From: an uncultured virus (IMG/VR IMGVR_UViG_3300010002_000006)
Lineage: Duplodnaviria > Heunggongvirae > Uroviricota > Caudoviricetes
Virus record (IMG/VR): IMGVR_UViG_3300010002_000006
Span: 62,001 to 126,000 of that record
Length of the DNA: 64,000 bases
Direction: 5' to 3' (one strand)
A program made the position numbers and the translations under genes. The notes under the pieces are model-generated. The model saw only the letters and a program-made list of their open reading frames with translations. It had not been told where the DNA came from and searched no databases. This document shows, one piece after another, positions 9,509 through 18,455 of this stretch (the stretch's first letter is position 1; each line of letters begins with the position of its first letter).

Positions 9509-10447
9509 TTAACTGGCGTTGACAGTAGACGCTACCAGCGCATCGGCTGCCACCAACAGCGGCAGGGAGTTACCGTACCAGAAGAACCACGGCATCTTGT
9601 TGTTGGCGTTCGCATCACGGGCATAAGCCTCAGTAATGTGGAATGCCACTGCACAAGAAACCAGTTCTTGATACGGGGTGGTTGCACCGTCAGAAACCTG
9701 TCCGTCATTTTCCGTCTCAATGCCGTAGCACATGTAGACTTCGTTGATCGCCGCTTTGCCTTCGTCATTGAACATAATACGACAAACATTGCGCAGCTCT
9801 TCCAGGTCATTGCTGTTCAGCGACATGTCGATCTTGCCGGTACCGTTAATAAAGGTATCGGTAATCGGCACATTGTTGGTGGCAACCAGCTGATTAGGAA
9901 CCGGAGACAGATCACTTTCGCGTGGCACATATTCACGCTCTTTTTCATTGCCGGTTTCTGGATCACGTGTACCCACTTTCATGGTTGGATCAAATTCCGT
10001 GAAGCCCGCTTTCTTTAACCAGTAGAGAATATGAATGTCGTCCCCGATTTTGCGAATCTCACGCACGCGGTAATACTTACGAACTTCTGGATCCAGGTCA
10101 TCGCCGAGTTTACGGATTACCATGGGAATTGGGAAGAACGCATTGAAGTCCACCGCGGTATGCTGGTGCACACGACGACCTTCTAAGCCAAAGGAATCTT
10201 GACCAGTGGAGCGAGATCCGCCGATACCCACACCAAAGTAGCCCAGCTCAAAATCACGGCCTTTTTTACGTCCCAGTGACTCGTCCGCCAGAATGTTGTA
10301 TTTCTCATTCAGCGTGGAGTTCTTAGGGATGTTCACAGTTTGGTTACAAGACAGTGCTGCATTGATAATCAGCCCCATACCGGTTGCAGAGATCAACTGG
10401 TTAGGAAGCTTCTGACTATCGCGCCCTGAAGATGAATCAGCCATCAT
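9509..10447 (-). CDS. Virion structural protein, probably baseplate
   Basis: 312 aa; LGYFGVGIGG resembles baseplate-type YF.IG.G motifs; position beside the portal locus. Confidence 0.55.
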   Translation of the reverse strand: MMADSSSGRDSQKLPNQLISATGMGLIINAALSCNQTVNIPKNSTLNEKYNILADESLGRKKGRDFELGYFGVGIGGSRSTGQDSFGLEGRRVHQHTAVDFNAFFPIPMVIRKLGDDLDPEVRKYYRVREIRKIGDDIHILYWLKKAGFTEFDPTMKVGTRDPETGNEKEREYVPRESDLSPVPNQLVATNNVPITDTFINGTGKIDMSLNSNDLEELRNVCRIMFNDEGKAAINEVYMCYGIETENDGQVSDGATTPYQELVSCAVAFHITEAYARDANANNKMPWFFWYGNSLPLLVAADALVASTVNAS

Positions 10448-10710
10448 GGTTCCTTAATAATATACTGACGATATTTAATTTTAAACGTGCCGCAGTAAAA
10501 AGGATTACGCGGATGAATAGTCACGACATACCCACCCGGTACTGCGTCAATGGATTCAATGTCGGTGCCGTAAAGGTTCACACCTATAAAAGAACGAACA
10601 AGTCTCACAACATCCGCAGGTCGTAAATTATCGTTGTTTGTTTTGAGACTGTGTTTCGTTATAAAACTCAAATCCTGTTTAATGGGGGAGGGTGTTTTCC
10701 ACTTCGCCAT
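10444..10710 (-). CDS. Small hypothetical protein
   Basis: 88 aa, overlaps both neighbours and fills the gap. Confidence 0.5.
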   Translation of the reverse strand: MAKWKTPSPIKQDLSFITKHSLKTNNDNLRPADVVRLVRSFIGVNLYGTDIESIDAVPGGYVVTIHPRNPFYCGTFKIKYRQYIIKEP

Positions 10711-12823
10711 TATCCACTACTTCTCTTAACGTCATGCCACCAGGGAGATACACCGAGTTAACTTCAGGATCAACCTCAATTCCTTTAAGTGACATTCCCA
10801 TATAAAGTTGCCCACAACCCATGGAGGTTGCCTCGACATAGCCATCAATACCCGCCCCGATCGCAAACACACTGTCGCGCGCTTCCAGGGTTGCCTGAGG
10901 TTGTACGGTCATGAGATTAGGTAAGAACTCAGCACTGGTATACTCCAATGCGGTCTCGCCCTCTTTGAACCAGTAGTCGCCGTCCAGCAACATCATGTAA
11001 GGCAGGTTGAACTGACCCTCAGCAGTCACAGTACTGCCGATGTACTGCACAGTGTAGCTGGTCAGGTCTTTCATGAGGTTGATCAGCAGGCGCTGTTGCT
11101 CCCCAATGCTGATGACGCTGTTCTCATCCCAGCCGGTGACTTTGCTCCAGATACTCCAGGCCAGATCGAGACACTCTTCTGGGGTGTACTCAATGAAGTC
11201 AATGTCCATCTTCGCCAAGAAGTTGTCGTAGGTACCGAAGTCCCCGATCTTGGCAAGACCATCTGCGTAACACGCGGATACAGCATTTTGTCGACGGGCA
11301 GAGATAAAGAGGTTATTAACCTGTGAGTAGAGTTTCTTGTGTTTCCACATTCCGTCCTGAATCTCACGGCACTTATTAAAGAAAGTATCCGGGGAGATCA
11401 ATACCGACATCTCCACATCCACCTTCAGAATATTTTCGCACACCTCTTTGGTCAAGATCTCATAACCACCCAACAGCTGCAGCTCTTGCACTGTAGGCGG
11501 GGTAACCCGACGCACATGCCAATAGGAATATTCAGGAATGTTTCCAGGTCGCTTGATACCGTGATATCGATCCAGGAGATAGTGCCAGAGAATCACACTT
11601 TCCGTGGTGGTCATACGTATCGTTTTACCCGTACGTGAATCCACTACGTCTACATTAATATTGTAGAGTCCCTCAAAAGTTAAATGGATCCACTCATTGT
11701 GTAACACCCGCATGATACGCTCAGGATCCCGGTCCGTGGTATCGGTAAGATTCGACTCCAGAACCTTGGTGGGAACATCTGAGTGCAGCGAGTATTTAAT
11801 GGCAGCAGCGGTGTCCTTGGCATGCATGGGTGCTAACTGATCATTGTCCAGTGCCAGCGGTAACTCTTTTTGGATCACCTCCTCCACGGTCCAGAGTTTG
11901 GTGTCGACTCCATAGAGCTCGGTCATGTTGATCGGACGACTCAACACAAATGCTTCAGGCTCCAGCGTCTCTACCATCTTCTCGGTGGTTTGCACGGTCT
12001 CATACCGAATCAACGGAATATCACGTGCGGTCAGGATCTTCTCTAACACCAGGTCAAATGACTCACGCCGTCCCAGATGACGCAGTACGTATTTGAGGTT
12101 ACGATACAGCCACATGGTCTGGTCACGGTTAATCGCACTCTTATACCGATCAGAGAGACCGTGTGAACGCAAACGACTCCAGATATAGAACTCGTGTGCA
12201 TGACGCGTACCGTTAGCTTCTTTGCGGATTAACAAGATCGCCGAGATCAGAGAACCATAGAGGTGAGCAAGCAACGCTGGCAACATAAGGTTGTCAGTAT
12301 AAACGTACTCCGTTTTGAATGATCCGCTGACAGTTGCGTAAATGTGATGTTGGAGTTTATCAATAAGTTGATACTCATTCCACAGCACATAGTCGCTGTT
12401 GTAGCGCAGGATTTGATAATCCTTTGCCGGAAGAGATTCTGCCGGGGGTATGGGGTTGATGATTCCGTTGATCAAATTTAACTGACCCGGATACGCGGCG
12501 ATCAGCCGAGTATAATAGTACGACCCCAGCCGGTATGCCCGTCGTGTTGCGGTATGGATAACCAGGTTTGCTTTGGTAAACTCAATGGTCTCCCCGTTAT
12601 CCAACGACTTGACGTACATCATCTCATCCATGACTTTGTGGTATTCGCCATTTAGATTAAGATAATACTTCCACTGGCTTTTATCAGTACCCGCATCAAT
12701 ATTGTAGTACTGTTTAAGCTGTTTATTATCTAATATAGCGAGTGCTTCACACTTTAATACAATCGTTCTTGCGAACGCAATCGTATTCAATATGTAAGCT
12801 TTAAACTCGGTATTATTAAGCAT
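10679..12823 (-). CDS. Large virion structural protein, baseplate-wedge-like
   Basis: Long ORF; start moved to ATG 12823 (MLNNTEF) with ACAGGA upstream; divergent from the probable portal. Confidence 0.6.
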   Translation of the reverse strand: MLNNTEFKAYILNTIAFARTIVLKCEALAILDNKQLKQYYNIDAGTDKSQWKYYLNLNGEYHKVMDEMMYVKSLDNGETIEFTKANLVIHTATRRAYRLGSYYYTRLIAAYPGQLNLINGIINPIPPAESLPAKDYQILRYNSDYVLWNEYQLIDKLQHHIYATVSGSFKTEYVYTDNLMLPALLAHLYGSLISAILLIRKEANGTRHAHEFYIWSRLRSHGLSDRYKSAINRDQTMWLYRNLKYVLRHLGRRESFDLVLEKILTARDIPLIRYETVQTTEKMVETLEPEAFVLSRPINMTELYGVDTKLWTVEEVIQKELPLALDNDQLAPMHAKDTAAAIKYSLHSDVPTKVLESNLTDTTDRDPERIMRVLHNEWIHLTFEGLYNINVDVVDSRTGKTIRMTTTESVILWHYLLDRYHGIKRPGNIPEYSYWHVRRVTPPTVQELQLLGGYEILTKEVCENILKVDVEMSVLISPDTFFNKCREIQDGMWKHKKLYSQVNNLFISARRQNAVSACYADGLAKIGDFGTYDNFLAKMDIDFIEYTPEECLDLAWSIWSKVTGWDENSVISIGEQQRLLINLMKDLTSYTVQYIGSTVTAEGQFNLPYMMLLDGDYWFKEGETALEYTSAEFLPNLMTVQPQATLEARDSVFAIGAGIDGYVEATSMGCGQLYMGMSLKGIEVDPEVNSVYLPGGMTLREVVDNGEVENTLPH

Positions 12824-12851
12824 AAAGATTCCTGTAAGGAGTGTCCTGTTA

Positions 12852-15815
12852 ATGAGCACAAATAATCAGCAGCTACCCGCTGGGTATGAACCTGTTGACC
12901 AAACCAAAATACGAGGACGGATCAATAACCCGTCTCCTCTGGATAAAGGCCTGCGCAGTCTTTTAGTGCCCGATGACAATCTGCGTAATGGACGTGATAT
13001 AAAAGATAAGGCGCGTCCGCCGATTGCCAAAATCAAAAGCATCTCTGATATTATCAGTAATAACATCCAGGCCACCACGGACCTGCGTACTATTACTCAC
13101 TATATCAAGCGCGCAGAACAGATCTGGGTCGCACTGTTGATGAAACCCAACGGGGATCAGCGTCAACTTCTGATGTATGACTCAGAGAGCTCTGAGGTGA
13201 AAAATGGCAAGCTCCACGAACTGCTGTTGCAGAAGGTAGAGAACTATTTCACCACGGTTATGCCCTTTGAAGAGATCGCTCCACAAATTATTAAAGATGT
13301 GCTCTTCCGGACTGGTTCTTATGTCCAGGTGAACATGAGTCATGCGGTGTTGGACCATCTGATCAACGGTCAGGAGATTGTGGGTAGCGAGAGTTTTCGC
13401 GCCAGTACCCATGAGATCTTGCAGAACAACTTCGTCAACAACGATTGGCACCGTGCTCTGAACGTAGGGTACATTCGTAAAGGTAAGAAGCCAACTCATG
13501 CCCTGGCTGGTTTAGAATCACTCTACGGTGGCGCTTCAGCGCGTGAACCTGAGTTTGATCTGGTTCACGGTGATTTAGGTTGGACCTTTACCGATAACCC
13601 GGTTGCCCTAAAGATTGGTGAGTTAGCCCAGGTCATGCGTGAAGACCGGTTAGCGAAAATGGCGGGGATGGAAAGCATCAACTCGGCCATGACCCGTGTC
13701 TTTAAGAAGAAGAAAGGCAAGAGCAAAGTCAACAACAACAATGTCGGCATTCTGGAACAGCAGACGTTGGATGAAGCTCTGCGTGAACTCTATCCACAGC
13801 GTCGGTATAACCAGAACGAAGACACCTTGTCAATTCGTAAAGGTAAGTATTATTCTGGTAACGGGCGCGGTATTGGTATTGGTTACCACTGGCCCAGTGA
13901 GTCCTGTATTCCGTGTCATGTCAACGGTGAAATTGGTGATCCTTTTGGTTTCATTCTGTTAACGGATCCTGAAGCGGGTTCGCCACTGAAAACTGTGTCG
14001 GATGTGAAATTCTATCAGACCGTGAAGAGCAACTCTGAAGGTGCTGCAAACGCACCGAAGTCAGGCAGTCTCAATGACATTATTCAGCACATTAAAACCA
14101 TCTCTAACGGTGGCGATTGTACTGAAGACATGGATTGGATGGCAGAGTTCGTTTCAGCGACCCTTGAGAAAGAAATTGTTCAGAGCTTCTTAAACGGCGA
14201 CTTGAACAAAGACATCTCTGTGTCACTCACCGAGGAGAACAAGAAACTCTTCCTGGCGCGTGCATTGAAAGGTCAGGGTGTGCGTGCGATCTTTATTCCA
14301 GCGGAATACGTTACCTATGTAGCAACTGACTGGAACCGTCTGGGCGTGGGTCGTTCACTGGTTGATGAAGCAAAACTGCACATCACCCGTTTAGCGGTTA
14401 TCGAAACCGCGACGGCACTGGCACAGGTTGAGAACTCGATCTCTCATACGCTTTTGGAAATCACCCCAGAAGAAGAAGACACCGATGTGCGTAACACCGC
14501 AGCGATTGTCCGTGATGAGTGGTTTGCGGGTAACCCTGGCATGCATGACATTCTGGGTTATAACAGTGTGTCAATTGACTCAATCCTGGATCGTCTTAAA
14601 CAACAGGCGATCACGGTAAAAGTCAATGGAGGAAATAACCCGCATACTGTTGCACCTGAGATCAACGCGAGTCAGCAAGATCGTGAACCGATCAAGATGC
14701 CCGACTCTGAACTGCGTGAAACCTTGCTGAACACCATTGCCGGTTTCTTTGGATTGAAACGTAGCTGGTTAGAAGACACCGGCGAAGGTAATGACTTTGC
14801 GATTGAAGCGTTGGCCGACCAGGAACTGCTGCGTAACCAAACCACGGAATACTCGCGTCTGTTCTCACAATACTTTACTGATATCATGCGTAAACACATC
14901 GCGGTCAATGAACCGCTGTTGAGTGGGCTGGTTGAAGTGATTCGTGAAAACAAAGCCCTCTATATGAAATCGGACCAAACCGGTAAGGTCTCAAAAGAGG
15001 ACGAAGAGGAAAACGCTGAAGAGGAAGTGGTAGAGGAAGAGAAGGCGAAGAAAGATAAGAAGAAGGACAAGAAAGAGAAAGATGAAAAAGACGACGTCAT
15101 TGAAAACGAAACCGGCAAATTAGTCGCAGACGAAGAAGATGACGTTGAGCGTATTCATCTGGTGCTGGCTGACTTCATGAACACTTTCTACGTGATGCTT
15201 CCTACTCCGGCGATCACTGATTCTCTTAACAAGCTTGAAGATAAAATTGAAGCAGTTGAGAAGTTAGTGGAGTCGTGGGTCACACTGGGTGGCGGTTCTA
15301 AGATGCTGCGCCGTCGTGCAGAAGAGATTGGACTGAATGGCGATGACGTGGTTGAGAACTTCAAAGCCGTGTTGTTCCATGAAGCCTTTGAGCGTTTCAA
15401 TCTTCCGATGCCGTTTGAGGCGATTCTTAATAAGGGTAAAACTGGCGGCATGATGACCTACATCAATAAAGCCAATGACCTTGACAAGAATATCCTGACC
15501 TTCCTGGGTGAGTGGGTGAAGACGCTGGAAAGCACGCAGAACAAAGTTACCACTCTTACTGAGAAGGTTACTAAGGTTACTGCGCCGGACACAGCAACCG
15601 ATGATATTTCTGCGGATGATAACAACGGTGAGTTACCTGTAGAGGGAGATGCGCCACCGCCAGGTGATGATCTCTTTAACGGTAACGAAGGTAACAACGA
15701 TCTGGACGCACCACCGAGTGATGACGATGCTACGCTGGCAAGCCAATCAGAGTTAAACGACGAAACCAATCCAGGTGACGGCGATGATCTCTGGGCGGAT
15801 CAAACCAAAGAGTAA
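12852..15815 (+). CDS. Probable portal protein
   Basis: 987 aa; GVGRSLV resembles the portal G.G.S motif; size and position near the capsid gene fit phiKZ-like portals; G-x-E motifs (GSE, GLE, GME) in the N-terminal third. Confidence 0.65.
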   Translation: MSTNNQQLPAGYEPVDQTKIRGRINNPSPLDKGLRSLLVPDDNLRNGRDIKDKARPPIAKIKSISDIISNNIQATTDLRTITHYIKRAEQIWVALLMKPNGDQRQLLMYDSESSEVKNGKLHELLLQKVENYFTTVMPFEEIAPQIIKDVLFRTGSYVQVNMSHAVLDHLINGQEIVGSESFRASTHEILQNNFVNNDWHRALNVGYIRKGKKPTHALAGLESLYGGASAREPEFDLVHGDLGWTFTDNPVALKIGELAQVMREDRLAKMAGMESINSAMTRVFKKKKGKSKVNNNNVGILEQQTLDEALRELYPQRRYNQNEDTLSIRKGKYYSGNGRGIGIGYHWPSESCIPCHVNGEIGDPFGFILLTDPEAGSPLKTVSDVKFYQTVKSNSEGAANAPKSGSLNDIIQHIKTISNGGDCTEDMDWMAEFVSATLEKEIVQSFLNGDLNKDISVSLTEENKKLFLARALKGQGVRAIFIPAEYVTYVATDWNRLGVGRSLVDEAKLHITRLAVIETATALAQVENSISHTLLEITPEEEDTDVRNTAAIVRDEWFAGNPGMHDILGYNSVSIDSILDRLKQQAITVKVNGGNNPHTVAPEINASQQDREPIKMPDSELRETLLNTIAGFFGLKRSWLEDTGEGNDFAIEALADQELLRNQTTEYSRLFSQYFTDIMRKHIAVNEPLLSGLVEVIRENKALYMKSDQTGKVSKEDEEENAEEEVVEEEKAKKDKKKDKKEKDEKDDVIENETGKLVADEEDDVERIHLVLADFMNTFYVMLPTPAITDSLNKLEDKIEAVEKLVESWVTLGGGSKMLRRRAEEIGLNGDDVVENFKAVLFHEAFERFNLPMPFEAILNKGKTGGMMTYINKANDLDKNILTFLGEWVKTLESTQNKVTTLTEKVTKVTAPDTATDDISADDNNGELPVEGDAPPPGDDLFNGNEGNNDLDAPPSDDDATLASQSELNDETNPGDGDDLWADQTKE

Positions 15816-15850
15816 GTCGTTTTAAACAAAAAAAAAATAAGTCAGTGAAA

Positions 15851-15878
15851 CCCTACTCATCCATTTGGATGAGTAGGG
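15851..15878. terminator. CTAC...GTAG family hairpin at a convergent junction
   Basis: CCCTACTCATCC-ATTT-GGATGAGTAGGG; A-run just to the left gives a minus-strand U tract. Confidence 0.75.
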
Positions 15879-15884
15879 AATTAC

Positions 15885-16403
15885 TTATGCGTCTGCCGCG
15901 ATTTCTTCAACGTTGATAGAAACCTGACCACGCAGCATTGCCAGTGCGCTATCGCGTACCAGAGAAGATACAACGAAGCCAGCGTTACCCAGTGCGCTTG
16001 TTGTAACCATACCAATGACGTCGTCATTGCGTACCTGTGGGATATAATCCACAGCTGCACGCACGCCGCTGGTGATGGTACCTGTTACTGCTGACACGCC
16101 TGCGATTTCCAGCAGGGAGTATTTCTTATCGTTACCCAGGTTTTCGTTCAGCATGTTTTCAACAACCATGTTAGCTGCTGAACCCACTGCAGCGATTGCG
16201 CCTGCGCCAACGATTGAGATCCAGTCACGCTGAGAAGCTGCTTTAACTGCTTTCAGTGCGCCTTTCTCTTTTACCTGCTCAACCAGCTCAGCTGCAGTTG
16301 GTGCTGCTGCCTCAACAGTCTGAACGGTTTCTACTGCTGGAACTTCTACTTCTGATTTGTTAGAAGAAGTGGTGTTGGTGTTTGCAGTTTTAGTGTTTGA
16401 CAT
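15885..16403 (-). CDS. Hypothetical Ala/Gly-rich protein, possibly membrane-associated
   Basis: 172 aa; three small-residue hydrophobic segments (IVGAGAIAAVGSAA, IAGVSAVTGTITSG, VTTSALGNAGFVV). Confidence 0.65.
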   Translation of the reverse strand: MSNTKTANTNTTSSNKSEVEVPAVETVQTVEAAAPTAAELVEQVKEKGALKAVKAASQRDWISIVGAGAIAAVGSAANMVVENMLNENLGNDKKYSLLEIAGVSAVTGTITSGVRAAVDYIPQVRNDDVIGMVTTSALGNAGFVVSSLVRDSALAMLRGQVSINVEEIAADA

Positions 16404-16475
16404 GATATACCCTTACTAAGTTTAGGAGTGTGGTGAGCATTAGGAATTAATACTCATTGTTTATACACTATAATT

Positions 16476-16489
16476 ATATATGTCTGAAA
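16476..16489 (-). promoter_or_regulatory. Putative phage promoter motif TTTCA-NN-CA-N-ATAT
   Basis: Minus strand TTTCAGACATATAT in an AT-rich gap; a similar copy lies at 23699-23712. Confidence 0.5.
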
Positions 16490-16515
16490 TTTTTTATAAC
16501 TGAATTCTGAACCTG

Positions 16516-17643
16516 TTACGTACGTTTACCTTGTGCAAGGATAGTGTACGGTTTAACCCCGAACTCTTTCTCCAGTGCCAGATAGAGTTCCGTTTCACTG
16601 TGCATTATCAACATCAACCGAAGGGCATCGATGACGCGCCCACGCAGAGAAGACCAATAGCGGTCCTGGACATAAAGTGCCAGACCACGCAGGTCAACAT
16701 CAATGCCTAGTCTTTTAACCTCGGAGAGAAACTCCTCATAAGCCAACTCAACAGCGGGTCTTGCCGATGCGACGAGAGCGCCCGGTTCCACGCTTTCTGT
16801 CTTATCATACAACCGGGCGATGTTGGCGTCAGCAACCAGATCGCTGAGCTTTACATCAGCAAGTTTCATTTGCTCGGTGCCAAACAGCAGTGCTTCAATC
16901 TCGCCATCAGTGGGCTTAGGTGCGTAATCAAAGACTGCTGGGTCTGAACCATAACGATAGCTCCCTACGTCAGTCTCTGCAAGTTCACCGTTAATTAACG
17001 CTAACTTACCTAAGACCAGATCCTCGACCTGACCAGCGGTGAGCTGATAGGTTCTTTCTTCTGTTTCGTCTTCTGTTGGTAAAAAGACGGGAACAGGAAG
17101 ATCAATAGGTGCACTTTCCATCTCCACATGTTTCACGTCTTGCGGGGACACCAGTTCGGTTTCCGCTTGCTCTAACAAAGAAGGTTGGAAATGAAGGTAC
17201 TTATAACTAAACTCGCTAGGAGAGAAGTTTTCTAACCGCATACCGTGCTTTAACGGGATAGCACTGTTTAAAATACTGAGCAACGCGGCTTTACCGATCT
17301 CACCTCCGTTGATACACTCATTCATTATTTCAGCATGACGCACCCAAAGATAAGGTGACTCGTCTGCTTGATTTTCAATATAATCGATGAGTGCACGTCC
17401 GACCTCTTGAACTTCTACTGGCAGCTTAGATCCTTTAAGTCTTACTCCTTTGATCTCAGGGATGTCCGCCAATTTAGCGCGCTCCATCTGAGACTGGGTA
17501 AGACGATCAAAATCAGCCTGATAAGGAGAATCCTGTTTAGGGGTGGGATCAATTTTAATCACATCGGGCTGGTGTGGGATTGTCTCTACGCAATGTTTGG
17601 AAACCTGGAGATTGAAAGCATAGGCACGAGTACGTGTAGACAT
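16516..17643 (-). CDS. Hypothetical protein
   Basis: 375 aa with GGAG upstream. Confidence 0.7.
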   Translation of the reverse strand: MSTRTRAYAFNLQVSKHCVETIPHQPDVIKIDPTPKQDSPYQADFDRLTQSQMERAKLADIPEIKGVRLKGSKLPVEVQEVGRALIDYIENQADESPYLWVRHAEIMNECINGGEIGKAALLSILNSAIPLKHGMRLENFSPSEFSYKYLHFQPSLLEQAETELVSPQDVKHVEMESAPIDLPVPVFLPTEDETEERTYQLTAGQVEDLVLGKLALINGELAETDVGSYRYGSDPAVFDYAPKPTDGEIEALLFGTEQMKLADVKLSDLVADANIARLYDKTESVEPGALVASARPAVELAYEEFLSEVKRLGIDVDLRGLALYVQDRYWSSLRGRVIDALRLMLIMHSETELYLALEKEFGVKPYTILAQGKRT

Positions 17644-17646
17644 TCT

Positions 17647-17826
17647 TTATTCTCCAGTATTTTCGATTTGGACAACTGGCGCCGAGGGTTTATCGGTGCG
17701 GTAGAGACCGTAAGGACCAAGTCCCAACTCTCCACTATTTAATTTATCCATTTGTTCTTGGGTAACGTAGTAATGATCTTCTTCTACTGGATGATAATTA
17801 AATACTGGTAATTTAACTTTTTTCAT
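17647..17826 (-). CDS. Small hypothetical protein
   Basis: Start moved to ATG 17826 (MKKVKLPVF) with AAGGA upstream. Confidence 0.55.
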   Translation of the reverse strand: MKKVKLPVFNYHPVEEDHYYVTQEQMDKLNSGELGLGPYGLYRTDKPSAPVVQIENTGE

Positions 17827-17836
17827 TTCTTTATCC

Positions 17837-18268
17837 TTAACGATAAGTAACCAGTGAACGTTCACGATTGGCGTAGGCGTGACGGATCAGACGACGCAAG
17901 TCATCTGTCGTGAAGTTTTTAAGCTGCAGTGTTTTGCCACGATTAGACGTCATGATATTACATGGGTTTAACCGCCATTCAAGAAAACGATGGACTTCAG
18001 GAGCGGTGTTATTGCGCACCATTAAACGGACCTTACCGGCAACCCGGTTAATCCCTTTAAAACGAATACAATGCTTCTCTGTCTCACCGTTAACAATGAG
18101 TTCGAATTCTTCCTCTTCTTTGATATCGTCTAACGAACCCAACCCCAGGTCATCGCTGATACAAATGCGCTGCGTGTTAAGTCGAGCAGTCAAGGCCAGT
18201 CGTTGCGCGAGTGGGGTTTCTTGACGGGTCAGAGACGGAACAAAAATAGAGGTCGTAATCTTTTTCAT
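17837..18268 (-). CDS. Hypothetical protein
   Basis: 143 aa with AGGA upstream. Confidence 0.6.
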   Translation of the reverse strand: MKKITTSIFVPSLTRQETPLAQRLALTARLNTQRICISDDLGLGSLDDIKEEEEFELIVNGETEKHCIRFKGINRVAGKVRLMVRNNTAPEVHRFLEWRLNPCNIMTSNRGKTLQLKNFTTDDLRRLIRHAYANRERSLVTYR

Positions 18269-18388
18269 TAATACTAATTCCTAAGTAGGGAACAATCAAC
18301 GTGTAAAAGCTTCTAACGGCTTTTGCTATATAAAGGATGTAACATCCACTATATAATAAAAGACGCTCTGAGGACCATACAACAGCAA

Positions 18389-18416
18389 AGAGGATATCCC
18401 GCAAGGGATATCCTCT
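18389..18416 (-). terminator. Intrinsic terminator-like hairpin
   Basis: AGAGGATATCCC-GCAA-GGGATATCCTCT downstream of the 796-aa gene. Confidence 0.7.
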
Positions 18417-18455
18417 CTAGGTTAACTTAATTCATGAATTAACTTATGCTGTTGA

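Noticed and set aside
18177..18404. 75-aa minus-strand ORF
   Set aside because: It starts inside a terminator hairpin, spans an AT-rich regulatory gap and overlaps the real 143-aa gene.
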